NCBI GenBank assembly: GCA_001949185.1
Contig: BDGG01000002.1
Location: forward strand, 8,665,990-8,729,989
Length of the DNA: 64,000 nt
Direction of reading: 5' to 3'
Source: Ramazzottius varieornatus
Taxonomy: Eukaryota; Animalia; Tardigrada
Positions within the stretch are counted from its first letter, which is position 1. The number at the start of each line of letters is the position of its first letter. The translations under genes and the position numbers were made by a program. Below the pieces are notes generated by a model, which made no database searches, was not told where the DNA came from, and saw only the letters and a list, made by a program, of their open reading frames with translations. Shown here in pieces: positions 11,588 through 25,700 of this stretch.

Positions 11588-14500
11588 CTAAGTTGGTACA
11601 TACATCGAAACAGCTTTCACGCTGAGACAAAATTTCGAACTGTCACAATCTATTGCCCACCATGGCGGGTCAGGATCGTCAACGCAAAACTTCAAAATAC
11701 GGGACCTGTAAGATTAAAACCGATGGAACATTGGTTATGAACCAATCCAACCGACAGAACAGTCAGACAAAACTGGAACCCACCTCCACCAGGGGACAAA
11801 TATTAGTACAGGAAGCGCGCCATAAAGGAAGACCGCCAGGGCCGTGTTAGCCGGTCCTCCACGTGCGGCTTCTGCAGAAATCCACACCCTTAGTTGATCT
11901 ATTCATGATCACACAATCGTGAGTTACGCTCTTGCAACCTACGACATTTTTCGTTTTCGAAACCACAGCGAGGGTAACCAGTTGGCGGCTCTCCGGAAAC
12001 CCATTGGACCGTAGTGACATTGGTCAGAGTCCTGGTTTGCGGGTCTTGGAGAAATGCGAACTGCGGATACAGCTTACAGATTAACAATTGTATACCAGTA
12101 GGATCAAACAGAAGATCCTGCTTTCCGTACCTGACATTTGCTATGATTTCTCTGAAATTGTTTCAGTGTCATCAAATTTCGTCGTTCTCCGTCGGCAGAA
12201 ATGAACATAGATCCTGACTGGAAATGAATGGTGCGGTTGCAGAACTGCTTCCCTAACCGGCCACCGTCTGACCAGTTAAACTGCGGTTGCTCCGCGAGTG
12301 TTTCATTGATGACCTGCAATCAAAAGAGCGCAAACTGTGAGTCGATGGGAGTAATGTGTTCTCCGAAGAAGCTCCGGAAAACACGTAACCAGATATCAGC
12401 GAAATATGGTAATTAAGGCCTGGCTCTGCGTGCATACTACCAGATAGGGCAACCGACCACGATTTTGCAACGTATATGGGTATCGGCAACCCAGTTTACA
12501 TGCAAACGTATGCCAGTCAGATTGTTGAGGAGACGAGTTTGAAGTTTTGGGACCCTAAGGGCAAAGTTAAACTGCTGATGCAATCTGGTGTAACAGATAT
12601 CGAGGAACACAATGCTGAGGTTCATTTGGCCATCTGAGCACTGGTCAGATGACTTCATCAGAAAAGTCTGCAGTAATTGGAAGTTTCGAATGACAAAGTT
12701 TTGACGTGTCAACGACGTCATACAGCCCAAATGTGTGTCTGCGTCTGTTCTGACAATAGAACCCCAGGTGAGTGCTTGAACTACTAGTCATCACTAGATT
12801 TTTCGCCAAAATCTGTCCAAAAGGCGAATAGTTTTTTGAAACTTTGCGCCACGGCGCGGTGCGGCAAACTTACCACGCGACGCACTCCGTTATCCTCCGC
12901 AACTTGATGTCGGAAAAGAATCGTTCAGAGTAAAAAAGTTTGTATGAAATCTGGGCCGCCATTACCCATATGGCTCGATAGAGGAAACCTTCTTTTACCT
13001 GATGCTGCTTATCGGTTAGTCATAATTTAACTCCGCTAGTTTACCTGGTACAAGGAAGTGAATTTGACGCTGGGATTTTCTAATTGGCACTTCCGAGGTA
13101 TTTCTCAAATTGTTCAGGAAACGAGTTTTTCTAGAGGGGTGTTAGTCGAACTCTCCAAACCGCTTATGCAGTTATCTGGAGCACGCCCTAAGATTTCAAA
13201 TGCTGGAGACATGCGAGAAACGAATGAATGGGGAAATTTGGCGGAAATGTCCATGTAGGGAAGAAAACCGAAAGAGAGCTTTTTTTACATCAGTTTTCTA
13301 TGCATGGTTTGCAGTGCGGGCCAAATCAGCAGTTTCCGAGACGCAGCTACTTGTCCTTTATGACTCACCGAAAACCCTGCTGACATACTATTCTACACGA
13401 AGGTGCGCGCCAAGCCAGTTTTTCTTCCATGAGCGGTGATGAGCTACTTTTCTGACAATGGTCAAAGATCCATTACCGTGTCCTTTGGTGTCAGCTTTAA
13501 ATTTGGATGTGTCTTCATGAGCTTTAAATGCCCATGTTCTTAGAGGGATGGAAACTCGCCCTGTCCGGGAAGTGCCAAATAGCAGAAACCAGCGTCATAT
13601 CATCTCTTGGCTGACCAGTGGAGTTGAGAATAAAATAAAGCCCTGACTCGCCAGGGTCTCTCCCGGTTGTATATTGTTCAAGCATCTTCGTGGTCTACCT
13701 CTGCTGGTTACTTTGCTGCAAAGCTCAATTATGCTGCTAGATGAATTACACCGCAATAACGAGGACACGCGCGAAGGGAACTTTTGAAACAGTATAGAGT
13801 TTGAAACAGGCGGAAAAGACGGCAAGCTGAGAATTCAAATTGTCAAAAAGTGCACTGGTGTGAACTGCATACGTACGCACGAACTTCCTTTCCACCGTTC
13901 GGAATGGCTTGTTCCAAACTTTTTACTGCTACCAACTTCCCTTTCGTGCGTGTACCGTTTGTCGCCCAAGAAATTGCATAACCTCTTCCTGACCGGCCTT
14001 AAGCATCATTTGGCGTTTTTCATTTGTACACTTACCAGACCGAACATGCGAAACGCGTAATAAGTATCCGAGAGTTCTCTGCTGGGCTAAAACAAAATCT
14101 GACTCTCCACGTGAGGAAACTCTACCTTGCATACATTAGTCCTCCTCAAGACGAGCTGTTTATGTCGCAAACGGTTGATTTAGAATTTGAGTTTGCTTGA
14201 TCATCGGAAATTAGTCGTGAGTGAGACAAAATTGCGTTTTTCGAAAGTCTCGGAAACGGGAGCGGAAATGCGCGAGTTTTGCGCGGTAGGTTTGTAGGCA
14301 GACTTTGCCTCCTGATTAGGCTGAAATTCATGGTTTTCTCTCTGGCTAGTCTCTGTCTGTCGACAACCCCGAGACTAATAGGTATCAAGAAGCCCATACG
14401 TGGTACTGTATCTCGCAACGTGAAGCACTGTGCAGACAGAGATCAGCTGAGAAATGAAAATTTGAAATTTTGAGTCAAGTGTGCAGAGAATAATCCGTTT

Positions 14501-16190
14501 TCGCTTTCAAGATAAGCTAATCGAGGGCTGCTTATCTTGAAAGCGAAACTTCGTAATCCACTTTCAAGATCAACACAATCAACGGAGTTGTACGGCCTGT
14601 CGTGAGGAGGACTATTAGTGCAGGTACCCATAGTGTACCTTTCTGAAAGTGTAAAGGAAGCTTTCTGGCACTGCCGCCATCCATCTTTCCGACTCTGCGG
14701 TGGCCGGTGAACTGGACACCGGCATAAGGAAGAAAACGGAGAAGAAGGCTTCGCGAGCCACTTGGTCGTACTCGTCGTTATATCTCCAGGTGGCTTTGCC
14801 ATAGACGTTGTCTTCCGGGTTGTCGTTGCACGACGATATGAATACCTGGACGAACGCTCCTTGAATCATTAGTCTTCGGATATCACAAAAAATTGTCCCC
14901 ACTAATACATGCAAACCGTGAAAGCCAGTTGCTGAAAAAAGTACTTCCAAATCTTGAATCTCTATATCCGCCCTTACGTATGATCCTTCCGTCATGTTGA
15001 GCGTATGGGCCTGAATCTGTAGATGGGAGCTATCTGATTTTTCGAAGTGTTGTGAAAATTGAGGACGTTTTGTGGCGTACCATAATTTTGCGAAGTACCA
15101 CAGCCGAAACGAACAAACCCGCAACTAGGAAACACAAAATCTAATTCACTGCGATTCGTAGGAATTGACCTTTCGTGACACAAGTCAGTTCCTGCGAATG
15201 GCTTACTGCGGCTGGATGAACTGATGTGTTTTAGAAGAGCAGGTATGTCAAAATGTTCTGATCGGGACTCTGTGAACTTCAGCGTAATCTGCATTTCGGC
15301 GAACCGAACGACCAAGGCTGCATGTACGGCTTTTCCGAAAATTACAAATCCGCTGGGCGAGTCCAGATCGATCGTAAGGTGAATATGCGAGGTCCAGTTG
15401 TATCTCAGCAGGAAGTTTATGTATCTGCGGAAGAATTCGCACACCATTCAGTTGTCTGGCAGTACCTTACGGAACAAACCGACGGGCCTTTCTGCATCAC
15501 GCTGACGCTATTCTGACTGACTCACATGGTACTGTAGTCACTGTAGGAGGTGCTTCCGGTGTAGACCCAGTTTTTGTTTTGACGGATAACATCGGTCTCT
15601 GGTCCGATAACCCTAAATGGTAATAGCTTTTCAGAACTGAAAATGAGAATTCTTTTCGGCAGCCCTGAAATCCAGATTTGTAACGTACGTGGAAATCATC
15701 AGGATATTCCAGGCCGAGGCTAGGTGGTAAAGGCCCAGACTGTCATAACAAGCTGCCGAATAACGAGAGCATCAGAACAGAAATACGCGGGCGCTATCTT
15801 CAGTCTTTCATCATCACGAGAAAGGTGCTTACTGGGAGCGATGTAGGCGCGCAGGTCGAAAGAGCCCGTTGGCCGGTAATACCATTCCGAAAAGTAAACT
15901 TCGCTGGTCTCCTTCAGATCCTGGCACGTGGAGTTCTCGGCAAACCGATATGTTTGGCTTATGTTAAAGGAAGTCTGGTATAGAAGGTTTAGTTGGCTAA
16001 CCACAATGTCCATAACCGGTGCCGTGAACGGCAGTGCACCGATACCTTCTCGGCTGGTGTAGCCCAACGTTACAATCTCGATATTCAGGAAGCTCTTCCT
16101 CGTCACAGCCTTCAATGAACTTGAAAGATCTTGGAGGGTAAACATCAAGGAGATGCACAACTGGGCTGTCGCAACGCTGTGAGTCTTCAT
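11588..16190 (-). CDS. ANF-receptor ligand-binding domain + TM + short tail (truncated receptor guanylyl cyclase / NPR-C-like architecture); possibly decaying
   Basis: Signal peptide, TAPVMDI, WNILMIST, LLRYNWT, AHTLNMTEGSY, TWRYNDEYDQVAREAF, FISADGER, PPTGYPRCGFENEKC, TM exon ALAVFLYGALPVLIFVPWW, tail PPWWAID..MYVPT*. Junctions near 15720-15750 and 12330-12430 lack clean splice sites, and a ~2 kb repeat-containing interval interrupts the gene. Confidence 0.7.
14139..14612. mobile_element. MITE-like element with ~14-bp TIRs and TA flanks inside the ANF-receptor gene
   Basis: Left ta|GTCCTCCTCAAGAC; right GTCGTGAGGAGGAC|ta. Confidence 0.6.
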
Positions 16191-16971
16191 GGCTAACAAA
16201 AAAGTCAGACTGGGCCACAGAACGTGGTGTTTATGCAAACGCGGATTTCCCGATCGGGTCTTTCTTGTCGAGGGCAACGTCAAAAAGATAATCCTCCCAG
16301 ATCGATTTTGATTCAGTTAGCTTGATCAAATAAGAGTGACTTTCGGAAGCTCATCGAGCAACAACGCATGATGGATACGCAAATCAGATTATGGTCGAAC
16401 ATTTGTGGCGATTAAATTAAATGTACCGATTGTCTCCTCCTTTTGATAGGGCACTTGATCGGAAGTTGCAGGAGGAATAGTTCCTTTGGATCCTCATCAA
16501 AAGGGTTATCTATCTTGTTAAGGCGAGAGGGATGAAGCTAAAGAAATCACGCCCTATTACGAATAGCTTTCGGCAGTAATTGAACCGTCATGCTGGTTAT
16601 TCGGGCAAGCATCAAAACTTTATGATGTGGATTCTCAACAATCCGATATATGAATGTGCACTAGCGTGTTGGTAGATTGCATAAAGGAGCGTCCCTGTTG
16701 CATCGACTGACTTTCGCATCACTAACAAAACGCAGTACAGAACGCGATTTGCAAGAGCCACGCACGCCATCCAATCAAAGTCGCTGCGTAAACTGAATAC
16801 ACCATGTTGACCCTAAGCAGATTAGACGGGGGGAGGTGCATGATACTAGCATGACTTTGGGGACACCTTGAATATTGAGGGAAAGCGCTAGTTTGGGCTT
16901 GCGGTGACCTCCACGGTCAGCAGGGCTGCGCTCTAAATTCGTGGCGCGTTGCAGGCCACTGGCTGGCTTGT

Positions 16972-19900
16972 TTAGCATTCTTTGTCGGCTGCTGATCTCA
17001 ACCAGTAAGTCATCATATTACTTCCTCCCTAAAAAGAAGAATAGCGTAAAGCAATGGAGCTGGTGTAAAAATTCGCTGCGTCCGCGCAGTACGTCCTCAC
17101 GCACGTGAAGTACAGCCCGGTCCGGCTTTACGGCTAGTTGAATACCCTAGGGGGGTTCATCGTCACGTACTTGTACGTACTGTATTGGTTTCGCACAGTA
17201 CGTCATCCGGCTGGTGAATTACACGCAGGGCCTGATATTGTTTGATTGTGGCACGTCGCTGCACTTGAATAGCCAGGGATCTTTGATTTAATTGAAGGCA
17301 CTGAAATTCTTCATCCCCGCCAGGCTATATCTACTGGCTTGTCACGTGACTGCGCAAAGCCTTGGAGAGCCTACAGCACTGCGCGGACGCCGCGAAATTT
17401 CGCAGTGCATAGTACACCTTCAGCGCAGCAGCGCCATCGTGAAATTCGGGTTTTGATACCTTCAAGTCGACCTGCCCGTGGATGTCCATCAGAAATTCTT
17501 TGGCGCTCCCATCAAGGGCACGTTTGGAGATAAGACTTATATGAATCCTTTTCGCTGCGGGAAGTCGGATTGGATGCATACATCAGAGGCTCAAAGTGCC
17601 GAAAACCTACCGCCGATAGCTTGAGAACTTGTTACCTTCGCAGGTCGCTTCCAGCTTCGCAGCAATGCCTACGCAGTCGCCAAATCTACCGAAGGAGTTG
17701 TACTCTACACGTGTCTTGGTACTACAGTAGATTAACTTAATGTGTTCAGCAGGAGATTTCTTACATGCAGAATTTGGGCATGCGTAGTCCGACAACAGCG
17801 GCCATGGCCGGACCCGAATGAATACCAATGCGCAGCCGCACTTCCTCATCAGGCTTATGCTTTGGTCTGAAGTCGCTTATGGCCGAAATCAAAGACACTG
17901 CCATCCGGCAAATTTCCGCCGCGTGCTGGCCGCTCACTTTACTCGAAAGCGTGACACCGCTCACAACCTACGACCGAAAGATGTCTCGGTAACGTCCCAA
18001 AGGTTTTAGACGAGCAAATGAGCGCTTGCCCTACCATGCAGGCATCGAGGTTTACATCGAGCTGTACAGAGAGAAACTTATATGCCGGACTTGTGGTCTT
18101 GTAGACGTACAGCCTGGTCTTCAACAGAATGAGCCATTGCTGTACCTTGTGGACGTCGCGTTTCTCCATCACGCTGTCAAACAGGCCATACAGACCATTG
18201 AGGGTATCTACCACTTGCATGGCACCGCTGTTTTGACATAGGTTGCTGAACCTACCGATGCAAGGTTGCTTTACTTGGGGGTTACCATGATCGAGGTCAA
18301 ACGTGAAAATTGGCTTTTCTTCTTACTCGTGGACGTTGACGAAAGAGACGGTTATCATGCTGAATATCTCGGGTTCTACTAACTGCCCTTGCTTCAACTT
18401 GTCGGCCACAACTCTGTTCAACCAGGAAGTGATGAGTATAGAGTGCGTTGCAGGGTTGTTATCCCTTTCTGGTCGGGTGCGTTCCGACGAAGCCGTCACT
18501 TACTTGGGTAACATCTGATACAGCAGGTCTTCGGCACGCTTCTTTTCATCCATAAACTCGGCGGTTCTCTCGTTCACTCTCTGCTCCAAATCTATGAGTA
18601 AACACTGCTCTCCATCAGGTACAAGCTTCTCCACAGTCCTGCGACACTTTTACCATTAGCGTATTTCTCCATTCGATTCATCTGCCAAAAGCCCAAGCAA
18701 ATTTTGATCAAACGACCACAGTCTCGTCAAACGGTATAAGAATAGGCTATGTGGCCCATGTGCATACCAGGTCGTCTATCAAATTGCCATGCCTGTTTCC
18801 TGGTACAAGTTTCAAAGCGCTCTGGACTTTCTCCGATTCTGGACGATCAGCCGGATTTTCTGACCAACAATGTAACAAGATGGAATACAGCTCCGTCGGG
18901 CATAGGTCACTGGGCACGCGAGGTCGGAACGGCGGTATTGCCACGTTGCTCACCCTTGCCACAATGTCTGTAAAACAGCTCTGTTGTAATGGCGACAAAA
19001 AGAGTAACCTTTTGCAAACCGGAAGCGTCAAGGGGAGCGGCGTCGGGTCGTTCATAAGGGCCAGCTCGAAGGATGATCTGTTGTAGCAGGATGCCGAAAC
19101 TGTAGATGTCGCCCTTGGCAGTGCCGTTAGGCGGCATCCGCAGTCGAAGATGTTCTGGTGCACGCCAAAGCAGGGCATAGAAGGCCGCAGACTGTGAGCC
19201 TGGTAGCTCTGTACTGCGGACAGCCAGAACGGTGGTCGAAGGTCGCAAAGTGGTCAAGCCTAGGTCGCCAATCTTGACGGTCAAGCGCCCGTCAATCAGG
19301 CAGTTGTTGGACGTCAGTCTCCCGTGCGACTTGAGAGAGGAGTTATGGACGAAGATTAGGCCTTTCACAATGTCGTTTAGCAGGGAAAATTTGAACGGCC
19401 AATCAAGAGTAATCTACAGAGATGGCTTCACTCGAAGGTTCGGCGTCGAGACATGGTCAGGTTCCAGTGCATGTGGACCTTACCGCTTCGTTTTCCAGCA
19501 AATCGGTCAGACTGCCTTTCGCGCAACATTCCTGTGCCAAAGACTTCCTTCCTCACAAACCTACATGCGAACTTTATAGTTGGTGCTAGTCGAGAAAGTG
19601 GCACTGACCGTGACGATGCAGGGATGAACTGGGTCCTGACACAGTCCATGGAACCGAGCAATGTGTTCGTGGACCATCTGTTTCAGCTGAAAAAGGTTAT
19701 GCCGATGGATTAATTTAGCAAGAACTTTTGGGGGTGTGACAGACTGATCTTACGGCTTTTAGCTCGAAGAGATGTTGCGGCGACAGATGGAAGACGTTGG
19801 CTTGCAAGGGTTTGACGGCCACCGTCATCTCCTTGTAATAGGCCACCTTGACGTAGGAAGTACCACTAACACGAGAGCCTCTCGCAAAACTAGCTCGTGA

Positions 19901-22760
19901 GCTGGTTTCGAGGACGGGGCTCTTGCCGTCGACGATGCTGCGGCTTCCGTTGGTCTCGTTTTTGTCTCTCTGTAAGGTATTCTGGGGGTACCTGGCCTTT
20001 CCGTCAATCAGTTTCATTTGAAAGATTACCGTTTGGATTTCACTGGATAGTATTTTCCAAGAATCATCATTGTCAACCAGCTGTAGCTTCCACCTGCGGA
20101 CGAAGCAATACGATGAGACAAAGGGATCTTTGAATTTTAAGAAACGTTTCGCTGAAGGTGCAAATGACCTATAGAAGAGCAGAGAGGCCAATATCGTTAC
20201 AAGGGTAGCACATGCCAGCGCGATAATTATCACAGCATAAGCCGGTAGCCCTGCAACCAATACGTTCACAGCCAAGACAATGTGGGCTGCAAGCATGATC
20301 CGCAGTACTACTGCCGCCGAAAACAGGTACCATTCTGAGCACAAGGACCACTTTTGCCATCGTAGCCACATAGGGGGTAGTTTAGCGGCGGTTGGGTGGC
20401 TCCCCCTGGCCAGTTAATGCTGCGTGAGCTGACTCTTATCAAGCCATTCCGTTCGCTGTCAAGCTGGAGAACTGGCTAGAAAGAACTCAAAAAAGGTACA
20501 GCGACCATATTTTATGTAGTTTCGGTTGGGAACGTTCTACCACAAAAGCTGCGTCTTTTGGGCTAAAGTCCTGGAGGTAGTAGGGGAAGTTCCGGTCTCC
20601 GTAATTACTGATGGTACATTCGATGACCACACCGTGAAAGCTGTGGCCCCAGATTCGCGAAGTGATGGCTCGGCCATCGTAGATGTTTCCACCAGCGGCC
20701 AATGTCGCATTCAGTGCCTAAACATGTAATCCGTCTGAGTGCTGACTATAATATGCTAGGAAAATGCCTGAACTCTGTGATCATGAGCCAAAGGTCTCGA
20801 CGGAAGGGCCTGGGACGTGAACGCCTCCGTACTGGGTAAGAGTTAGCTTTGATAATTGAGCGCGGTGCAGTACGACAACGTGCGCAGGACGTGGGACTGC
20901 TCTTAAAGGAAATCATCGGTACGTACTTACCACCCCGTAAAACATGACTGCATCCCAGACTCCCAGCACCAGGTGCGTGACCTGCCAGCAAGTCAATTCT
21001 GCACAATGGGGCAGTTCTACGTCAATAAGTCGCCCGGCAGGGACATGATTAATAGAGTACTCACTTGTTCTCCTGGCGCATAAGTGAAATTATACTTTAA
21101 CGAGTTTGTTTTGACCGCGTCGGCAAACTGGTCATATTCGGCCTTATTTTCTAAATCGTCCGCCGGTAGTTTCATCCGAATAACCAACAGGCTCCCCAAT
21201 ATCCTTGGCCCATCCTGCAGTTAAACCCAAACCTTTATCCGATCTAGGGTCGAGGACATCCGTGGCTGGCAGCAAGGGCAACTTTCTTGTGGTATTACAG
21301 ACAAAAGGCTAGAACAGAGAAAGTCAGGCGATGGACTGCGCGTACCGGATCGCTTTTAGCCATGTTGTTAAAGAAGAACAGATCAGAAAACCGGTGAGCC
21401 TCGATAAGGTTGGTTGTAATGTAAACCTATCCATAAAAAACCAGCAAGAATATAACCACTCGCTATTCTGTTGTTTCAAAGGTTAGCTAGCTTACGTATT
21501 CGGAGTTGAGCTTGCCCAGTTCCGACGCTGCGACCTGTGGCATTCAATTCCCAAGTATGTCCACGATGAAGCAATAATCTGAACCATGGTTAAGCTTACC
21601 ATGATTTGGTAAACGTTACGGGCTAATGCCGCCAGAATAAAGACTGCAAGACCGAATTTCCGGTTGCTCAAACAAAACATGTACACGAAACTGACCTAAT
21701 CATTGGCATGGCCGAAATCTTGACTTACCGGCCAAAAGCGGCAACGGTCATTGGTTTCACCTGGGTACTGCCGTTTAGGCGCTGCTCCAGATTTGGTCCA
21801 TGCCAATGATAAGGCCAGGCGCCTGCACAGATGGCTGCCAGGAACTTATTTTTAATTCGATTGGTTGCGTGTCGGATAAGAATGAGAAGACCAACTTACC
21901 GCGCGAGCGTTCGCTGCTCCGAACCAACGTATCCTTAAGCCACTGTTTGTCCGAGTTTTGACCTAGCATCACTTTGGTAAATTCAATCCTCTTGAAAATG
22001 TCCAGACGAGAAGACTGTAGAACTTGCTGAAATGACGACTGAAAGTCGGTGGCGTACGTGTCTACGTCGTAAAGCTACGACCAAGAAGCAAAAATGCAAA
22101 ATGAATATTGCGCCAAGGAGTAAGTGAGATCGATATCCTCTGATTTGATTTTCAACTTACAAAGGCAACGTTGGTCCAGTTGAAGTGGTCGAGTATGCGA
22201 ATGAGGAAGAGCGAGACATCTTCCTGGGTGTAGCCAAACCTGGTCAGCACCTCTGTTTTCTGCTTGTCGGCAAACTTGATGCCACTAGCACCGGAAGTGA
22301 CGACGGGGATGTTCCAGTGTTCAATCAGGCCGCGAATGTTACTCATGGTCTCGGAGCAGGAAGGTCCAATCAGCAGCTGACAACCGTTGGGCGCTTGGTG
22401 GAGATGCATGTCGACCAGCGCTGGCCCCACAGCCAACACTGACTCATCGCCGCATCCACCGGCTATCCCGTGTCGCAGTAGCCGAAAGGTCATGTTCTTC
22501 AGCGCAAAGTGAGGACCGATGCGTTGAAGAGCCAAATCGATGCCGGGCGTGACCGGGATGCCGTCGTCCTCCCATAACTCACACAGGGTGACCACTGTCG
22601 AGTTCTCTGCGCTCAGCTTTGGAACGCTGGACGGGTCTAGAGGGGGAAACACATTTCCGTACGAAGTGTATACCGACGGACTGCCCATAGTGGATTCTGC
22701 TGGATAACACTTTTTCAGCAGTAAACAGATGAAACTCAAACAAACGACAACACTGCGCAT
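16972..22760 (-). CDS. Receptor-type guanylyl cyclase (NPR-A/B-like architecture) with a degenerate cyclase active site; multi-exon
   Basis: Signal peptide; ANF-binding domain (LLIGPSCS, HWNIPVVT, LDHFNWT); TM (VIIIALACATLVTILASLLFY); kinase-homology domain (HGRLTSNNCLID..KIGDLGL, LLWRAPEHLR, GDIYSFGI); coiled coil (EKKRAEDLLYQMLP); cyclase domain (LRIGIHSGP..VVGLRMPKFC, RIHIS); last exon GGSNMMTYWL..EC*. Confidence 0.92.
17064..17408. repeat. Inverted-repeat-bounded MITE-like insert in the last intron of the guanylyl cyclase gene
   Basis: AAATTCGCTGCGTCCGCGCAGT at ~17069 versus (rc) AATTTCGCGGCGTCCGCGCAGT at ~17378-17400. Confidence 0.45.
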
Positions 22761-25700
22761 GGTCAAACAGACACCGATTACTCGGAATGTTGTTCAGAGG
22801 AAACACGAAACACAAAACACGAAGGAAATCACGAAAGCTCAGAAAAGAAACTAGTGTGGCTGCGCCGAATGCAGAACTGAGCGAATTCTGCTAATCTATG
22901 GAAGCCGCAGGGCACAACAAAAGCAATCGTGTTGAAAGGAGGACCAGAGGGGCGCCCATTGGCATGCATGCAAATGTTGACTCTTTGCCCGGTGTTTGCC
23001 GCCTGCAGATAACTGCGCAAATTCGGTATGGTTGTCGCCATCAGTTGCACCCGATTACGGAACCTTAACCAGGAGAAGACCTCCTCAGCAAGAGAGCGGA
23101 AGCATTTTTTAATGAGCGTGGGTTCATCAGCCAAGGAATATTCATGATCTAGCTGGTCCAATTCGCTGCCTCGTGGGGAACCAGAAATGCCACGAGCGGA
23201 TTATTTCATGTCTGTGGCCCCAGATCCGTGCTCTTCTACTCGCACCCGCATACGGTGGACGTAATTTCTTAATTGCAGTAGCGTCGAGGGTGAGATACAA
23301 GCGTGTCACTGATGACTTCTCCCAGATCAGATTCAAGACGATGATCCGAAATGCCTGTAATTTCCGGTTAAAATTAAAGGACACGGTAGTTTGACCTGGG
23401 GGACCGCAGGCCTCCGATGGTTACTGCTGGTTAGCCAGCTGCATGCTGTGCCGGAACGACGCAAGAGGCAGGGACAGGGCGTTGTGGTGGGTTTTTAGTT
23501 CTTCAACGCGCGTTAGCTGACCTTATCCGAAAACGGGCATCGGCGCTCCGGCGCTCCTGAATTCTGCCAAGGCGTGGTCTCGTTAAATGAGCGGATTTGC
23601 CTGGAGTACATGAACAAGAAAAGCTACTGTTCTTGCAGTAGCAGACTGATACCAGCAAACTTCTTCGGAGCCGAGCAGCGCATTCGTACCATTCTGTATG
23701 AGGAACAGCGTCGGTAGAGCAGACAAGACTAGTCCCGACCGGTACAGTGTCCTCTGTACTGTCAAAACCTGACGCATCTTGTCCCTGCCGGTTTGTCTTC
23801 TTTTTTCCGTATCGATTTACCGACATTGTTTGCGTTTTAGCCGATGTATCTTTAGTCAGCTGTAAGCATGGTTGTGGAAAACGCCAGTTACAGACCCACA
23901 CGACCCCCCTCGGTCGACGAAATCGCAGTGATTCTATCCCATCGACTAGATGTGCATTTGTAAGCGCTCGTTCACGTACGTTTACTGCCAGCATTCACCG
24001 GGGAAGTTGTTTGAACACAAAAACGTCATGAAGACATTCTTTGCTGAAGGCCGGTTGTACCAGTATTACATAATTGGCAGATTAACTGTTGTTCATCAAT
24101 TTGGGTTCGGGACGAATATTGCAGTAAACGCGAGCCTCGCCCTAGAGTCTGCTGTTTTCACACGCAAATCACGCAAGGCGAATTTACTAACATCTACTTT
24201 TACAAGAAGTAATATGGTTGATTTAGAACCGCCGTGCAGAATACTTTCATCGGTAGCAATATGCTGGACACCGCCTTGAAAACTAGGCGGAATCAATTTC
24301 TCTAATTGTGAAAACAGCGTGTGACCGTAGCTTTCCCGGCGGTTGAGGTTGCGACAAGAGTTCCACCCTGGTACTAATGCCGTAACATCATCGCCACAGT
24401 GTGCTATGCTATACTTCGATCTCGCATGTCTCCACTGCGTTTTCGGGTCAAAGGAGCGACTAGTACTTCGTTCTGGCCAAAATGCCACTTCGCTTCGAGT
24501 GATGGTGCATGTAGTAGTTTTCGTTCTCTGTTGGCTGCCGCTCTCAGCCAGTAAGTCATGGATGTACTACCACCCTGCAACGTTGGCAAAGTAAGAGGAT
24601 GCAACTGCAGTTGTATCCTGTGTTTTGCTGTGTGTGCGACTTGTGAGATATTCCAGGCTTTGCCTTACTTCCGCATCAAGAAGCCTCCACTGCTGTACGT
24701 ACCTTCAAGTCAATTTGGTTGTGTATATCTAGCTGAAACTCTCTGCCCACTCCCTCCAGGGCGCGTTTCGTGGTCAAACTTGTATGGATTCGGTTCGCTG
24801 CGAAAACAGACCAGCCGAGTAGACTCATTCAGACACCACAATGACAACTTGTGATGAGTCGAGCCTACAGGGTGAGTGATGGCGTGATTTAGATTTCAGA
24901 GAGTGCTTTCCAATAAAGTCGATCAGATCTCTTGATTGCAATACCGCCCCGAAGTCCACCTTCGTTTTGATTGTTTGATTTGCCATGTCCTCACGTTCCT
25001 TTCGCCAATGGTAGTCTCGCCGAAGTAAACGACAAATAAATGGTTACTAGCGATTGAGCTCGGGAATGCAGAGCAATGCTTCACGCGTGCTTGTCTGTTG
25101 GAGGGGAGAACCAATCCTCCAGAGTGCCGACAAGGTCTCTTTCCGGGGGCATTCTTTAGCTCAGCATTTACAGCCGTTAGGTTGATCAGGAAATTAGTGT
25201 ACGTCCTCAGCCATGCCGTTGACCTAATTACTGGCATGGACGAAATTTCTAGCACCGGCTGAAAGCGACCTGGGCCACGTAGACCTGCTCAACGCTGCCG
25301 CTTTCGACCGCTTCTTGAAGTTTTGTCCATGCCAATAATTAGGCCAGCCGCATGTACGAGAATGTGTAGTGATTTCAAAACAGCGTAAAAAGAAAGCAGA
25401 TGGAACTAGATGTGGAAGTTTAGAGAGAGCCGAGAAACTGAAGGTGGGTCTATTACAATGATACCGCCTCCAACGATTTTTTTCTGGAAAAATCCTTCGA
25501 AAGAAATTTCTCAGGCTTGTTTGTACGTGGCTCTTTTGGCTCAGTTGTCAATACGGTGGGGAGCATCATCCCATCCATTACAGAAGCCCGCGATGAAACC
25601 CTTGGTGTCTCGTATTACGGGTATAAGAAATCACGGGCTCCGTACATCCCGCGACCGACAAATCCCAGGATTAGTACATATAACTCAGAAGCATGAAATA

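Noticed and set aside
11899-12087. Soluble ectodomain-only receptor (the ORF stops after CGFENEKC)
   Set aside because: A GT donor follows the Cys and leads to a TM exon (~11877-11788) and a tail exon, so the protein is membrane-anchored.
12792-14620. CACTA..TAGTG-bounded element
   Set aside because: The match is only 5 bp, and the flanks (CAT/CAG) are not a clean TSD.
23500-24500. Possible hAT transposase remnant (FLCSNNFPVN-like fragment)
   Set aside because: It is a single weak motif with no TIR or TSD found.
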